A stretch of DNA of 64,000 bases from Bradymonadia bacterium (GTDB lineage Bacteria; Myxococcota_A; Bradymonadia; UBA7976; UBA1532). The DNA is taken from positions 32,001-96,000 of the forward strand of contig JBKAGE010000041.1 of NCBI GenBank assembly GCA_046290225.1. Reading direction: 5' to 3'. Shown here piece by piece: positions 21,314-31,142 of this stretch (its first letter is position 1; every line of letters starts with the position of its first letter). The notes under the pieces are model-generated. The model was not told where the DNA came from. It did no database searches and worked only from the letters and a program-made list of their open reading frames with translations. Position numbers and translations under genes: made by a program.

Positions 21314-23455
21314 ATGACCGTTCTCTCTCGTCACCTCTTCATCTCCACCCTCGCGCTGGCGCTCGCGGCCTGTGAGGACGACTCACTGCCGTCGCCCTTC
21401 GATGCCGCTGTCCCCGACGCGCGTTTGCCCGACGCCGCCTTCGACGCCGGTGCCGACGACATGATGGTGGAGATCCCTGATGCAGAGCCGCCACGGCCCG
21501 ATGCTCGGCCTGACCTGCGGTGCGAGGAAGCCTGCGCCACGCTGGCGGCATGTGCAGCCTCTTCGGATCGTTGTCCGGGTGTCGGCGCAGAGGATGAGGC
21601 GAGCTACGCCGAAATCTGTGTACCTGCCTGTGAGGTCAACGCCAGCCTGCTCGATCTCGTCGACGGCTCGGCGTGTGACGACACTGTCTCTCGCATTCGC
21701 GCCCTGAGCGACGACTTCGACACCCGTTGCCAGTCCACGTACACCCTCACCGTGCTGCACACTGCAGGTGGAGTGAGCGATTTGCTGCCTCAGCAGGCAG
21801 AGCTCGCTGGAGGTGGCGATGCGTTGGTGGGCGGTGGTGCGCGGGCTGCGGCGTTGATGCGGCAACTACGGGCCAGCGCAGGGACTGATGGCGTAGTGGC
21901 GATCCATACTGGGGATCACCTGATCCCGGGGTGGGCTTACGACGTCACGCAAGATCTGCCTTTGTCGGCCATGGGCCCGGTGCTTCAAGGGGCCACTGTG
22001 GATGTGGCGGCCCTCGGTGAGCAGGACTTCTTCATCGGCCCCGAACACCTCGCTGCCTGGATCACGGCCTGGGGAGACAGCCCCACCGTGGTGGCCAGCA
22101 ACCTCGGCGACAGCGAAAGCGAGGCACTGCAGGCTCTCAGGGACACCGGGGTGATCTCCACTCGGGTCGTGGTCGAAGCTGGCGGCGCGCGCATCGGCAT
22201 CATCTCGGCCCTGCCAGGCGATCTGCCAGAGATCGCCAGCCCGCTCTCCAATGTGCTCGATCCGCTGGCGGCGTTGATCCTCGAGGTGCTTGCCCTTCAA
22301 GAAGAAGGCGTCGACAAGATCGTGATGGTGAGCCACCTCGATCGTTTCGAGGAAGATCGCATCCTCTCCCTCCAGGCCATCGGGGTCGACGCGGTGATCG
22401 CCGCCGGTGGCGGGGTGTACCTCGGCGATATGGAGGACCAGCGCCTGGTCGGCGACACCCTTGATCCGGTGCTGACCTATCCAACCATGGTGGTCGATGG
22501 TGCTGGTGGGGCGCTGCCCGTGGTGGCCGTTCCGGGTGGCTTCCGCTATGTGGGCCGTCTGGGGCTGACGTTCAACGATCAAGGTGATGTGATCGCCATT
22601 GACGAGACCAGTGGCCCTGTGGGCGTGTGGGCCGATGAGCGTGTGCCTGTCGACCAGGGCACGCTCGATGCGCTCCAGACCTCGGTGGAGCAGCCGCTGC
22701 AGATGGCCCTCGAGGCCCCAGGCCCGATCCTCGCCACCACCTCGGTGGAGATCAGCGGGGTCAACTCGACAATGCAGGAGGTCAACGCCGGAGATCTCGT
22801 CGCCGACGCGATGCTCTGGCAGGCCCGGGCATCGGCTGCGGCATACGGCGCTGATCCTGCGGTGCCCATCGTGGCCTTGGTGGACGGCGGTTCGATTCAG
22901 CCAGTGGCCTGGCCCGTCGCCGAAGACGCCCTCACCCTCGACCTGGTCTACGACCTGGTGCCCGAGCAGGCTACGGTGGTCCTGGTGGAGCTGAGCCGCA
23001 CCCAACTCAAAACAGTGTTGGAGCACAGCTTCTCAGAGCCCATGGGCATGGCGGCGGAGTACTTCCCGCAGGTGGCGGGGATGCGGTTGATGCGCGCTCT
23101 GGGTGAGGAAGCCCGGGGCACGGACGAGAACGGCGCAGGCATCCCTGGCAGCCGTGTACGGGATGTACAGATCGAAGGCCCAGTTGATGGCGGCGCCCGG
23201 CTGGTGAGCGAGGGCCGCGTGCAATCACCCTCCGATGGGCAGTCCGCGACGGTCTATCTGGCGACGACGAATCGCCTGGTGGCGGGTCTGTGGGATTACC
23301 CCTTCAATCTGTTCCCCGCTGCGGCGCGCATCCCTGTGGGTGAGACGGTGCAAGGCGCGTTGCGCGCCTACATCGTCGATGCTCTGGAAGGTGAGATCGG
23401 CCTCGACGACTACCCCACCAAGGGGCAGGATCGCATCCTCGACGTGAATCCCTGA
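21314..23455 (+). CDS. 5'-nucleotidase/metallophosphoesterase-fold lipoprotein with degenerate catalytic motifs
   Basis: Lipobox LAAC, Cys-rich domain, LTVLHT..TGD..VVASNL..IGII..GVDKIVMVSHL..YVGRL, EVNAGDLVADAM, FPQVAGMR. Confidence 0.8.
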   Translation: MTVLSRHLFISTLALALAACEDDSLPSPFDAAVPDARLPDAAFDAGADDMMVEIPDAEPPRPDARPDLRCEEACATLAACAASSDRCPGVGAEDEASYAEICVPACEVNASLLDLVDGSACDDTVSRIRALSDDFDTRCQSTYTLTVLHTAGGVSDLLPQQAELAGGGDALVGGGARAAALMRQLRASAGTDGVVAIHTGDHLIPGWAYDVTQDLPLSAMGPVLQGATVDVAALGEQDFFIGPEHLAAWITAWGDSPTVVASNLGDSESEALQALRDTGVISTRVVVEAGGARIGIISALPGDLPEIASPLSNVLDPLAALILEVLALQEEGVDKIVMVSHLDRFEEDRILSLQAIGVDAVIAAGGGVYLGDMEDQRLVGDTLDPVLTYPTMVVDGAGGALPVVAVPGGFRYVGRLGLTFNDQGDVIAIDETSGPVGVWADERVPVDQGTLDALQTSVEQPLQMALEAPGPILATTSVEISGVNSTMQEVNAGDLVADAMLWQARASAAAYGADPAVPIVALVDGGSIQPVAWPVAEDALTLDLVYDLVPEQATVVLVELSRTQLKTVLEHSFSEPMGMAAEYFPQVAGMRLMRALGEEARGTDENGAGIPGSRVRDVQIEGPVDGGARLVSEGRVQSPSDGQSATVYLATTNRLVAGLWDYPFNLFPAAARIPVGETVQGALRAYIVDALEGEIGLDDYPTKGQDRILDVNP

Positions 23456-25282
23456 TCACTCCTCGACGGGCTCGCCAGGAGCCACGTCAGCGCGCAAGTG
23501 CACATAAGGCGCTTCCGGATCGGCCCAGACTGCGGCGTTGGGAAAGCTCAAGGGCAGAGGCAGCACGTCGTCACCAAGGCTGAAGGTGGTGTCGGCGAGC
23601 AAACCGGGCAGCGCGCTGACGAGGGCGCCCAGCTGATCTTCGAGGCGGGCTTTGTCCACGGGGCCACGGGGGGTCTCAGCGACGTCGAGCCAGGCCTCTA
23701 CATCGAGCTCAGGTACGATCTCGATGCCATTCCCTGGGGTGATGCTCACGCTCATATGCACGACGAACTGTGCTGCGATCGTGACCAGAATCTCGTCGTT
23801 CTCAGTGAGTAGATCGATGAACAAGTCACCAGCCTCGATGACGAGGGGGCGAGGGCCATCCTCCACGCGGGACACCAGCGGCAGGGGTGGGCGCAAGCGC
23901 AGCTTGATGTTGCTCGACGGATCGATGCCCTCTGCTGCCTCACCGAGGCCCGCTTGAAACAGGCTGAGGCGCAAGGGGATGGGCAAGTTGATGTCACCGC
24001 CCTCTTCGAGGGTGAGGTCGAGGATGCCGGCGGCCCAGACGGCGTGCAGGATGCGCGAGGTCAGATCGGTGGCCACAGCGAGATCGATGTCCCCTGATCG
24101 GCTGGGATCCATCATGGTCGGGCTGCCGGCCTCAGCGCGGACGGCGAGGCCCATGTTCACCACCTGCTCGGCGAGCACACGGCTGTCGAGCTCGAGGAGC
24201 AGTCCAGTGGGGTCAACCGTGGCCGCCTGCACACCGAGAGTCAGCTCGATGGATTGGCCGAGTAGCTCCACCGAGCGCATGAGGGCGGCGCCGTCGAAGA
24301 GTGCTGGCAAAACCAACTCGTCGACGGCGTCAGCGATGAGCCCATCTGCGAGGTTGGGGATGAAGTCCTCGAACCACTCTTCGATGCTGGAGGGCACGTT
24401 CTCGATGTCGTACATGAAGTTCTCAAAAGACGCCTCTGCGCTCTCAAGGGTGAGCTCAAGGCCACCCTCAGGCGTGCGCCCCACGACGACGCGTGCTACC
24501 AGCGTGGCGGGGTCGACGGAGGCCTCACCGGTGATGCTCAGCTCGGCATCACCGACCGGGGCGATGCCGGTGATCTCCATCTGGAGCCCATAGATTGAGA
24601 ACCTGAGCTCAAGGTACCCATTGCGCGGCAACAATAGCACCTCGAGGGCGGAGTACTCGAAGCGGGTCAACTCCAGATCGCCAGGCATGGCCTCTGCGAG
24701 CAGGGCGGGGAGGTCTTGTGACTCTACATATGCCGCCACCACCTGACCGATGCTCGTGAGCCCCGAGGGCCCCACCATGAGGGTGGCGGCGTCTTTGACA
24801 GGCTCGCTGGGATCGACGTCGGCGTCGAAGAGCACGGCAAAGCGCTCCTCGTCTGCTTGAGCCTCCGGATCGTTGGGGTCACCATCCACGCCTCGGACGG
24901 CGACGATGTTCATGCCGGGCCGGGCAGGTACGGAGACCGAGAACCGGCCGTCTGCTTCTGGCCGCGCCTCGACGCCGTCGACGAGGAGCACAGGCTCACG
25001 GCCGCCGGTGATGCGCCCTTCGACCTGAATCACACCGCCGGTGTCCCGCTGCCCACGAGGCGGGGCGGTGAGCTCGATGGCCACTGGGTCGACCGGGCCG
25101 AGATCGGGCACCATGGCGTCAGGCATGGGCACCGACATGTCTGCTGGAGCAGAGACCATGGCGTCGGAGGCTGGAGGCAGGGCGTCGTTGGCGCCGTCGG
25201 GGCTCTTGCTGTCGTCCCCGCATGCGGTGAGGGAGAGCAGAGCCAGAGCAAGGGTGGCGATACGCAAAGTGGGGGATCTCAT
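23456..25282 (-). CDS. Lipoprotein with Ig-like domain and long acidic/hydrophobic domain (possibly BPI/LBP-like)
   Basis: Lipobox LTAC; IQVEGRI...DGRFSVSVPARPGMNIV Ig-like segment; assignment of the remainder is tentative. Confidence 0.7.
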   Translation of the reverse strand: MRSPTLRIATLALALLSLTACGDDSKSPDGANDALPPASDAMVSAPADMSVPMPDAMVPDLGPVDPVAIELTAPPRGQRDTGGVIQVEGRITGGREPVLLVDGVEARPEADGRFSVSVPARPGMNIVAVRGVDGDPNDPEAQADEERFAVLFDADVDPSEPVKDAATLMVGPSGLTSIGQVVAAYVESQDLPALLAEAMPGDLELTRFEYSALEVLLLPRNGYLELRFSIYGLQMEITGIAPVGDAELSITGEASVDPATLVARVVVGRTPEGGLELTLESAEASFENFMYDIENVPSSIEEWFEDFIPNLADGLIADAVDELVLPALFDGAALMRSVELLGQSIELTLGVQAATVDPTGLLLELDSRVLAEQVVNMGLAVRAEAGSPTMMDPSRSGDIDLAVATDLTSRILHAVWAAGILDLTLEEGGDINLPIPLRLSLFQAGLGEAAEGIDPSSNIKLRLRPPLPLVSRVEDGPRPLVIEAGDLFIDLLTENDEILVTIAAQFVVHMSVSITPGNGIEIVPELDVEAWLDVAETPRGPVDKARLEDQLGALVSALPGLLADTTFSLGDDVLPLPLSFPNAAVWADPEAPYVHLRADVAPGEPVEE

Positions 25283-25444
25283 CAGCAAGCACTCACACGG
25301 ATAACGGCGGGGGGTGTTTGAAAGCATCCTTAGAGCAGTATGCGAAAGGAACTGATGCAGCAGGTCATTTCGTATACTGCTCTAGTTATAGCGAGTACAT
25401 GAGGGCAGATGTAGTCGGAGGGCGCTTCGTGGGTGAGTCTGTTT

Positions 25445-25476
25445 CGGGCACGGGCACGGGCACGGGCACGGGCACG
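25445..25476. repeat. (CGGGCA)5 hexamer tandem repeat
   Basis: Five perfect copies at 25445-25474 plus a partial copy, intergenic. Confidence 0.95.
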
Positions 25477-25488
25477 AGTTTTACGGGC

Positions 25489-25621
25489 GTGGACAGTGCA
25501 GCCTGAGGCTGCATGTCTTGGAGCGAGTGGAGGGGGGCGCAGCCGGCCGGAGGGAGCGGAAAGACACCCAAAGGGCTGTCCACTGTTTGGCCTGACAGTA
25601 CAGCCTGAGGCTGCATGTCTT
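25489..25621. repeat. REP-like palindromic units in alternating orientation
   Basis: GACAGT(G/A)CAGCCTGAGGCTGCATGTCTT at 25492 and 25594; inverted GTGGACAG-CCCTTTGGG-TGTCTT at 25583-25561. Confidence 0.75.
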
Positions 25622-25631
25622 CCAGGCGGGC

Positions 25632-27896
25632 TCAGCGGCAGAATTGCTGTGCGAGATCGTTGTTGGGCACGCAGCCCGAGACCCCGAAGATGCTGCAGCA
25701 GACGTTGTCGCCAGGGCAAACCTGGGCGTCGTTGCAGGACAGCACGCAAATCTGACCGGCCAGGAACACGTCCTGACACTCTTCGTCCGCCGTGCAGGCG
25801 TTCGGATCATCGCCACAGGCAGGCGGGCCGGCGTCGCCCCACTCGCTCATCATGCGATCCGCGCCGCCCACCTCGATGCACTCGCCGTCGATGCAGAGGT
25901 TGCCGTCACCGCAGTCGCCGTCGTCGAAACAGCCGACACATTCGCCGGTGTCCGGATCACAGACACCCTCGTCGCACTCTACGCCGGCACAGCGGCAGGC
26001 GTCGTCGCGACCGCATACCTGAACCCGCTGGCCATTGCGTTGGATCGGGGTGCAGTTCGAGCCGTCGGGGCAGACATCCTCGCCCTCGTCACAGGCCAGA
26101 CCACAGGCGCGGACCTCCTGGTTGAAGCCCAGGCGGTAGCGTACGCAGTACATGTTGTCGGGGCAGTCGGACTCGTCCTCACACGGGGCGCAGATGAGGG
26201 CCAGCGGATCGACACAGGCGTTGTCGCTGCACACCGTGCCGTCGGCGCAGTCGTCATTGCCCAGGCACTGCACGCACTCGCCAGAGGTGGGATCACAGAG
26301 TTGACCGTCGGCGCAGTCCACCGCCTCACAGGGGTCTTCGCAGACACCCGTCGCAGGATCACAGATACCCGAGGGGCATGCTTCGGGGTTGCACACCCCT
26401 GCGTCGCAGGTCTCACAGACACAGCCCGTGTTGCCCTCACAGAGGAGATCGCGGTTCTCGCCGATGACCTGCACTTCGCAGGTGGCCGGGTTGAAGCGGA
26501 AGGCTTCCCAGAGCTGACGCTCGACTCTGTTCGCCGAGTCGAGGACCTGAGGGCCGAAGTTCTGAGGCTCGGCATCGCCGCAGTTGAAGGTCAGCTGTGC
26601 TGCCCCCTGGGCGCGCTCGTCGCCCTGCGTGAACAGATCGACGCCCACCGTGTACCAGCCCGCCTCGGGCTCACCGAGACGGACCTGCTCTTCGAGGGGC
26701 AGGCGGCGTGGGCCGGCGTCACGGGTCAGGCCTGGGGTGCACCAGTCGGGGCTGCGGTTGTTGGCCCAGCAGTCGAAGGGGCTCTCGAAGTAGACGCCTT
26801 CGGGGTGGAGCACGTGTAGATCGAAGTCGAGGGTGTCGTCGCCCCAGGTGAGGGTGATCCAAGCCTGAGGGGTCAACTCGTCACAGGCGTCGCCGCGGCC
26901 GTCATCGTCGCTGTCGAGCTGGTCGAAGTTCGGTACGTCGCGGCAGTTGTCGCAGGCGTCACCGCGGCCGTCGTCGTCGACGTCGGACTGGCGGTTGGGC
27001 ACCTCGGGACAGTTGTCGGCGGCGTCGGGCACGCCGTCACCGTCGCGATCAGACTCCACGCAAGCGTCGCCGATGCCGTCGCCGTCGCTGTCTTCCTGAT
27101 CGGCGTTCACGTCGAGAGGACAGTTGTCGCAGGCATCGCCCACGCCATCTTCGTCGCCGTCGCCCTGGTTGCGGTTGGGCTCGAGGGGGCAGTTGTCGGC
27201 CATGTCGGGCACGCCATCGAGATCGATGTCGTTCTCGCCGATGGCGCAGGCGTCGCCTGTGCCGTCTCCAGCGTCGTCGGCCTGGTCCGGGTTGGCCACG
27301 TTGGGGCAGTTGTCGCAGGCGTCGCCCACACCATCGTCGTCGGCGTCGCGCTGGCTGTTGTTCGCCTGCTCGGGGCAGTTGTCCACCCCGTCGCGGATGC
27401 CGTCGTTGTCGGTGTCGGCTTCGGGATCACCACCACCTGCGCCGCCAACAGGCCCGCCACCGAAGCCGCCTTCACCGCCAACAGGCTCGCCGCCGAATCC
27501 GCCTTCGCCGCCAACAGGCTCGCCACCAAAGCCGCCCTCACCGCCGAAGCCACCTTCGCCGCCAACAGGCTCGCCGCCGAAGCCACCTTCACCACCGACG
27601 GGCTCGCCGCCGAAGCCGCCCTCACCACCGATGGGCTCACCGCCAAAGCCTCCGACAGGCTCACCACCAGCGCCAGCGACCGGGTCGCCACCCACAGGGG
27701 CACCACCGCCACCGGCTTCACCGCCGCGACCACCGGAGCCCATGCCCCCGCCGTCGACAGCAGCACCACCAGCGGCAGCGTCTTCACCCTCGGACTCGGC
27801 GACAGGATCAGACTCTTCGATACAGCCTGAGACCATCAGGGCCAGGGCCAACAGCACGCCGGCCTTTCGACCAGCGCCTTGCAGCTTCCATCGCAT
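25632..27896 (-). CDS. Lipoprotein with Gly-rich repeats, thrombospondin type-3 repeats, a beta domain and Cys-rich C-terminus
   Basis: Lipobox [15 protein letters not shown] repeats; DNCP...N..Q.D.D.DG.GDAC repeats; ITLTW...DFDLHVLHP. Confidence 0.9.
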   Translation of the reverse strand: MRWKLQGAGRKAGVLLALALMVSGCIEESDPVAESEGEDAAAGGAAVDGGGMGSGGRGGEAGGGGAPVGGDPVAGAGGEPVGGFGGEPIGGEGGFGGEPVGGEGGFGGEPVGGEGGFGGEGGFGGEPVGGEGGFGGEPVGGEGGFGGGPVGGAGGGDPEADTDNDGIRDGVDNCPEQANNSQRDADDDGVGDACDNCPNVANPDQADDAGDGTGDACAIGENDIDLDGVPDMADNCPLEPNRNQGDGDEDGVGDACDNCPLDVNADQEDSDGDGIGDACVESDRDGDGVPDAADNCPEVPNRQSDVDDDGRGDACDNCRDVPNFDQLDSDDDGRGDACDELTPQAWITLTWGDDTLDFDLHVLHPEGVYFESPFDCWANNRSPDWCTPGLTRDAGPRRLPLEEQVRLGEPEAGWYTVGVDLFTQGDERAQGAAQLTFNCGDAEPQNFGPQVLDSANRVERQLWEAFRFNPATCEVQVIGENRDLLCEGNTGCVCETCDAGVCNPEACPSGICDPATGVCEDPCEAVDCADGQLCDPTSGECVQCLGNDDCADGTVCSDNACVDPLALICAPCEDESDCPDNMYCVRYRLGFNQEVRACGLACDEGEDVCPDGSNCTPIQRNGQRVQVCGRDDACRCAGVECDEGVCDPDTGECVGCFDDGDCGDGNLCIDGECIEVGGADRMMSEWGDAGPPACGDDPNACTADEECQDVFLAGQICVLSCNDAQVCPGDNVCCSIFGVSGCVPNNDLAQQFCR

Positions 27897-28091
27897 GTAC
27901 AGCTCTCCGCTTCTTGAACCTGCCTTGCGCAGGTCGACGATTCTCCCGAGCATCCTCTCTGGCATACCGGCCAATCGAGTCCCGGATCAACTGCAGAGAC
28001 GTGGTGCTCGCTATGGTGCGTATGCATATGTGGAGATTTAAGCCGAACACCGCATGGGCAGATGCAGGTGTTTGGTACCAGAGGTACTCAA

Positions 28092-28748
28092 ATGACGCAT
28101 ACCCCCGGCCCGCGGGCCAAGATGGTGCCCAAAATCATCCTCGAAGGCACCCGACTCACCCAGAAGACCGACATCGCCTTCGCCCTCAACAGCCACCCGC
28201 GGATCGTGGGTCCACGGAAGTACCAGTATCACTCCCCGCTGATCTCTGCGGAGTGGTGCGGGTTCACGCCTACACCCTGGGGGCGGGGGTTGATCAACTT
28301 TGAGGCTGATGAAGCCGAGCGGGCCATGGAGACCTACGCCACCTGGGCGAGGCTCTTCGAGTTGATGCCCCACTACTCATGGATCATCGACCGGTTCCAC
28401 CTCTCGACCCAGTTGCATCAGCAGATGCACCATCAGCAGCACTACGACTTCGACTGGCTCGAAGCGCGCATGCGCCCCCTGGGCTTCGCCGTGGTGTTCT
28501 GTACGCGGCGTCCCGAGAGCTTTGCCGCCGCCCGTGAGGCGCGGCTGAAGATCTCGGGGAACCCTTCGCAGTACGACGATCTCGACATCTTCGTGCGAGA
28601 GCAGGCGCTGATGCGGCCGCTGGTGGCTCAGAGTACGTTGCCAGTGCTCGAGGTGGACATCTCCGATCGCACCATCGACGAGGTAGCCGACACCATCGCT
28701 GATTGGATGGAAGAGACAGGACTGCTGTGGGGCGAGGTTCAGAGCTGA
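28092..28748 (+). CDS. Hypothetical protein, NMP/thymidylate-kinase-like fold
   Basis: KIILEGTRLTQKT (Walker-A-like position), WIIDRFHLS, VLEVDIS; GAGGT SD. Confidence 0.65.
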   Translation: MTHTPGPRAKMVPKIILEGTRLTQKTDIAFALNSHPRIVGPRKYQYHSPLISAEWCGFTPTPWGRGLINFEADEAERAMETYATWARLFELMPHYSWIIDRFHLSTQLHQQMHHQQHYDFDWLEARMRPLGFAVVFCTRRPESFAAAREARLKISGNPSQYDDLDIFVREQALMRPLVAQSTLPVLEVDISDRTIDEVADTIADWMEETGLLWGEVQS

Positions 28749-28881
28749 GTTCAGGTATGTTGAGTCAAGCGTGACGAGGTGGGTGCTCTACGCCCTCTGG
28801 CGGTGGCCTGAGCTTGACGCTCTGGGCCGTGGGCTGGGGTGATGTACGCGCCGTTGGTGCTCAGATCGAGGGGGGGAGGCT

Positions 28882-29976
28882 ATGAGGTGGGTGGAGGGGC
28901 TGATCTTGGGCTGTGCGTTGTTGCCACTGAGGGCAGAGGCGTGCTCGGCGAATGTGTGGGTTGATGGGCTCATCGAGATACGCCCTCGGCCGTGTGAGAC
29001 GCTGCCTGCAGGCTCGCCGATCCGTGTGATGGGGCGGAGCCTCGAGGCAGATCAGTTCGATCTGCAGGTCGACGGCGCGCCCAGGGCGTTTCGCCTGGAA
29101 GAGGCTCCGGGGTTCACCGAGTCTTTCACAGGGCTCAGTTACGAGCTGATGATCAGCTCGGCGATCTATCCAGACCCGCCCACGGAGCCTGGAGATTGGG
29201 TCACGCTGCGTTGGACAAACACATCGGGCCGAGCTGGTTTTGAGTCACAGCGGCGTCACTGGACAGCCGGCAGAAGGCTGCCCGTGCTCCAAATGGATCG
29301 AGGGCCACTGCTGAGCATCGATCGACTCCAAGTGCCCAACCGGCTGAGCACCTGCGAGCACGATCGGCTGACTGATCTCTATTTCTTCTCGGTGCATGTC
29401 GACACAACCCTCGCAGAGGCTGACAGACCTCTGTATGCCGTGCTCCATCATCTCGACGAGGATGGTCGATGGGTGCCTTCGATGAGCCGTCCGGTCGCAG
29501 GGCTGGAAACCTTGCTTGTGCGCTCGCTTTTTCCTGCAACGCCCTCACCAGAAAATGCCAGGCGATACGGATCTGTTACGCCAGGGCCAACGTGCTGGCG
29601 GGCCGAGGTGGTTGACCCTGCCCTTGGGCACCGCGTGATGGGCGAGCCAGTCTGCGCGCTCTGTCGCGATCGGATCGAACCTCGTGATGAGCGCGCGTTG
29701 TTTGAGGAGACATGGTTCGAAAGTCAGTGGCTCTACAACAACTCAAGCGCTTCAGGGGCGCGCCCCCCATGGTCACCAGAAGACATGGTCGAAGGTGGTC
29801 ACTGCATCGCGCTTGTCGAAGCAGCCGAGAGCGCAGCCAGTACGCCCCCGGAGGTGACCTGCCGCCCATCAGATGAAGGGTGGTGTCAGATTCGACCTCA
29901 GACACCAGCAATGGGGTGGGTGGGGGCGATATTGGTTCTGGTCCTGACGAGAGTCAGACGGTGTAGATCGGGGTGA
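28882..29976 (+). CDS. Secreted hypothetical protein with MYXO-CTERM-like tail
   Basis: Signal peptide ending AEA-C; C-terminus GWCQIRP...WVGAILVLVLTRVRR. Confidence 0.65.
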   Translation: MRWVEGLILGCALLPLRAEACSANVWVDGLIEIRPRPCETLPAGSPIRVMGRSLEADQFDLQVDGAPRAFRLEEAPGFTESFTGLSYELMISSAIYPDPPTEPGDWVTLRWTNTSGRAGFESQRRHWTAGRRLPVLQMDRGPLLSIDRLQVPNRLSTCEHDRLTDLYFFSVHVDTTLAEADRPLYAVLHHLDEDGRWVPSMSRPVAGLETLLVRSLFPATPSPENARRYGSVTPGPTCWRAEVVDPALGHRVMGEPVCALCRDRIEPRDERALFEETWFESQWLYNNSSASGARPPWSPEDMVEGGHCIALVEAAESAASTPPEVTCRPSDEGWCQIRPQTPAMGWVGAILVLVLTRVRRCRSG

Positions 29977-30057
29977 AACGTTGATTCCAGGAGGTTGACG
30001 AAGTGGCGTGCTGACACTCACGATGCTCAACACACCATTCAAGGAGACCTGTAGACG

Positions 30058-30834
30058 ATGAGCATTTTGAGCCATCGAGGCATGTGGGTGGCCCTTTTCG
30101 CCCTCGCTCTGTGTGTGCCTGCTGGAGCATCCGCTCAGGGCAAGGGTCGAGGGAAAGGCAAAGGCAATCCACACGCTCAGGCAGAAGGCGGCGATCACGG
30201 TAAGGGCAAAGGCCACGGGAAGCCTGATGGGAAGGGTCACGGCAAACCTGAGGGCAAAGGGCACGGCAAGCCTGGAGGTCATCCAGGGAAAATGGGCGGG
30301 CCGCCCATGGGCAAGGGTAAGCCCGACGGGGTAGGCAAGCCGGATGGAAAGGGCCGTCCAGAAGGCAAGGGCAGGCCTGATGGAATGGGTCGCCCGGATG
30401 GCAAGGGTCGTCCGGAGGGCAAGGGGCCTGCTGGTGCTCCAGGGAAAATGGGTGGGCCGCCTATGGGCAAGGGCAGGCCTGATGGGATGGGCAAGCCCGG
30501 TGGTATGGGCAAGCCTGGTGGGATGGGGCGGCCAGAAGGCAAAGGGCGCCCGGAAGGTAAGGGCAAGCCAGCCAAGGCTGCGAAGCGCGCCGCCCGCAAA
30601 GATCGGATCAAGAAGAACAAAGACAAGATCAAGGCCGCCAAGGGCAAGCAGAGCGCGTTGGCCAAGGAGCAACGCAAGCACCTGAAGCGCTTGGCCAACA
30701 TCGACCGGCTTGCGGAGATGGGTGCGGAGAAGGGCAACCAGACCCTCGTCGAGAAGGCCAAGATGCTCCGTGAGAAAGAGATGAAGCGCCACGGGCGGAA
30801 GATGGATCAGCTCAACAAGAAGGCAGAGAAGTGA
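30058..30834 (+). CDS. Secreted basic G/K/P repeat protein with helical C-terminus
   Basis: AAGGAG SD, signal peptide, G(K/R)P(D/E)GKG-type repeats. Confidence 0.85.
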   Translation: MSILSHRGMWVALFALALCVPAGASAQGKGRGKGKGNPHAQAEGGDHGKGKGHGKPDGKGHGKPEGKGHGKPGGHPGKMGGPPMGKGKPDGVGKPDGKGRPEGKGRPDGMGRPDGKGRPEGKGPAGAPGKMGGPPMGKGRPDGMGKPGGMGKPGGMGRPEGKGRPEGKGKPAKAAKRAARKDRIKKNKDKIKAAKGKQSALAKEQRKHLKRLANIDRLAEMGAEKGNQTLVEKAKMLREKEMKRHGRKMDQLNKKAEK

Positions 30835-31097
30835 AAGGCGTTAAGATGATGAAGCCCTGGCTGGCGATCGCGTGTGTCTCTCTGCTCTGGGGCTGTGGCG
30901 ACAAGCCCAAGGCGGATGAGAAAAAGCCTGCTGCTTCAGGTGGTGAGGCGGCGGCCAGCGCCGCTGGCTTGACCGATCAGGAGCAGACTGCCCTCAAAGA
31001 CGAGCTCGCTGACGAGGCCGAAGCGGCCATCACGCCGGAGAACGCCGAGCAGATGGCCGAGAAGATCGAGGCCGAGCTGAACGCAGAGCTGAAGTGA
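30831..31097 (+). CDS. Small acidic lipoprotein
   Basis: GTGA overlap with the upstream gene; lipobox LWGC. Confidence 0.8.
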   Translation: MKGVKMMKPWLAIACVSLLWGCGDKPKADEKKPAASGGEAAASAAGLTDQEQTALKDELADEAEAAITPENAEQMAEKIEAELNAELK

Positions 31098-31142
31098 CGC
31101 TCTAAGCACGCTGACGGTCTGCATTTGCTGTAAGACAGTGAT

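Noticed and set aside
25330..25816. Short ORFs with RARARA/VPVPVP/TGTGTG runs
   Set aside because: Translations of the intergenic CGGGCA microsatellite.
30000..30020. sigma54 promoter upstream of the G/K/P protein (TGGCGTG...)
   Set aside because: No GC at the -12 position.
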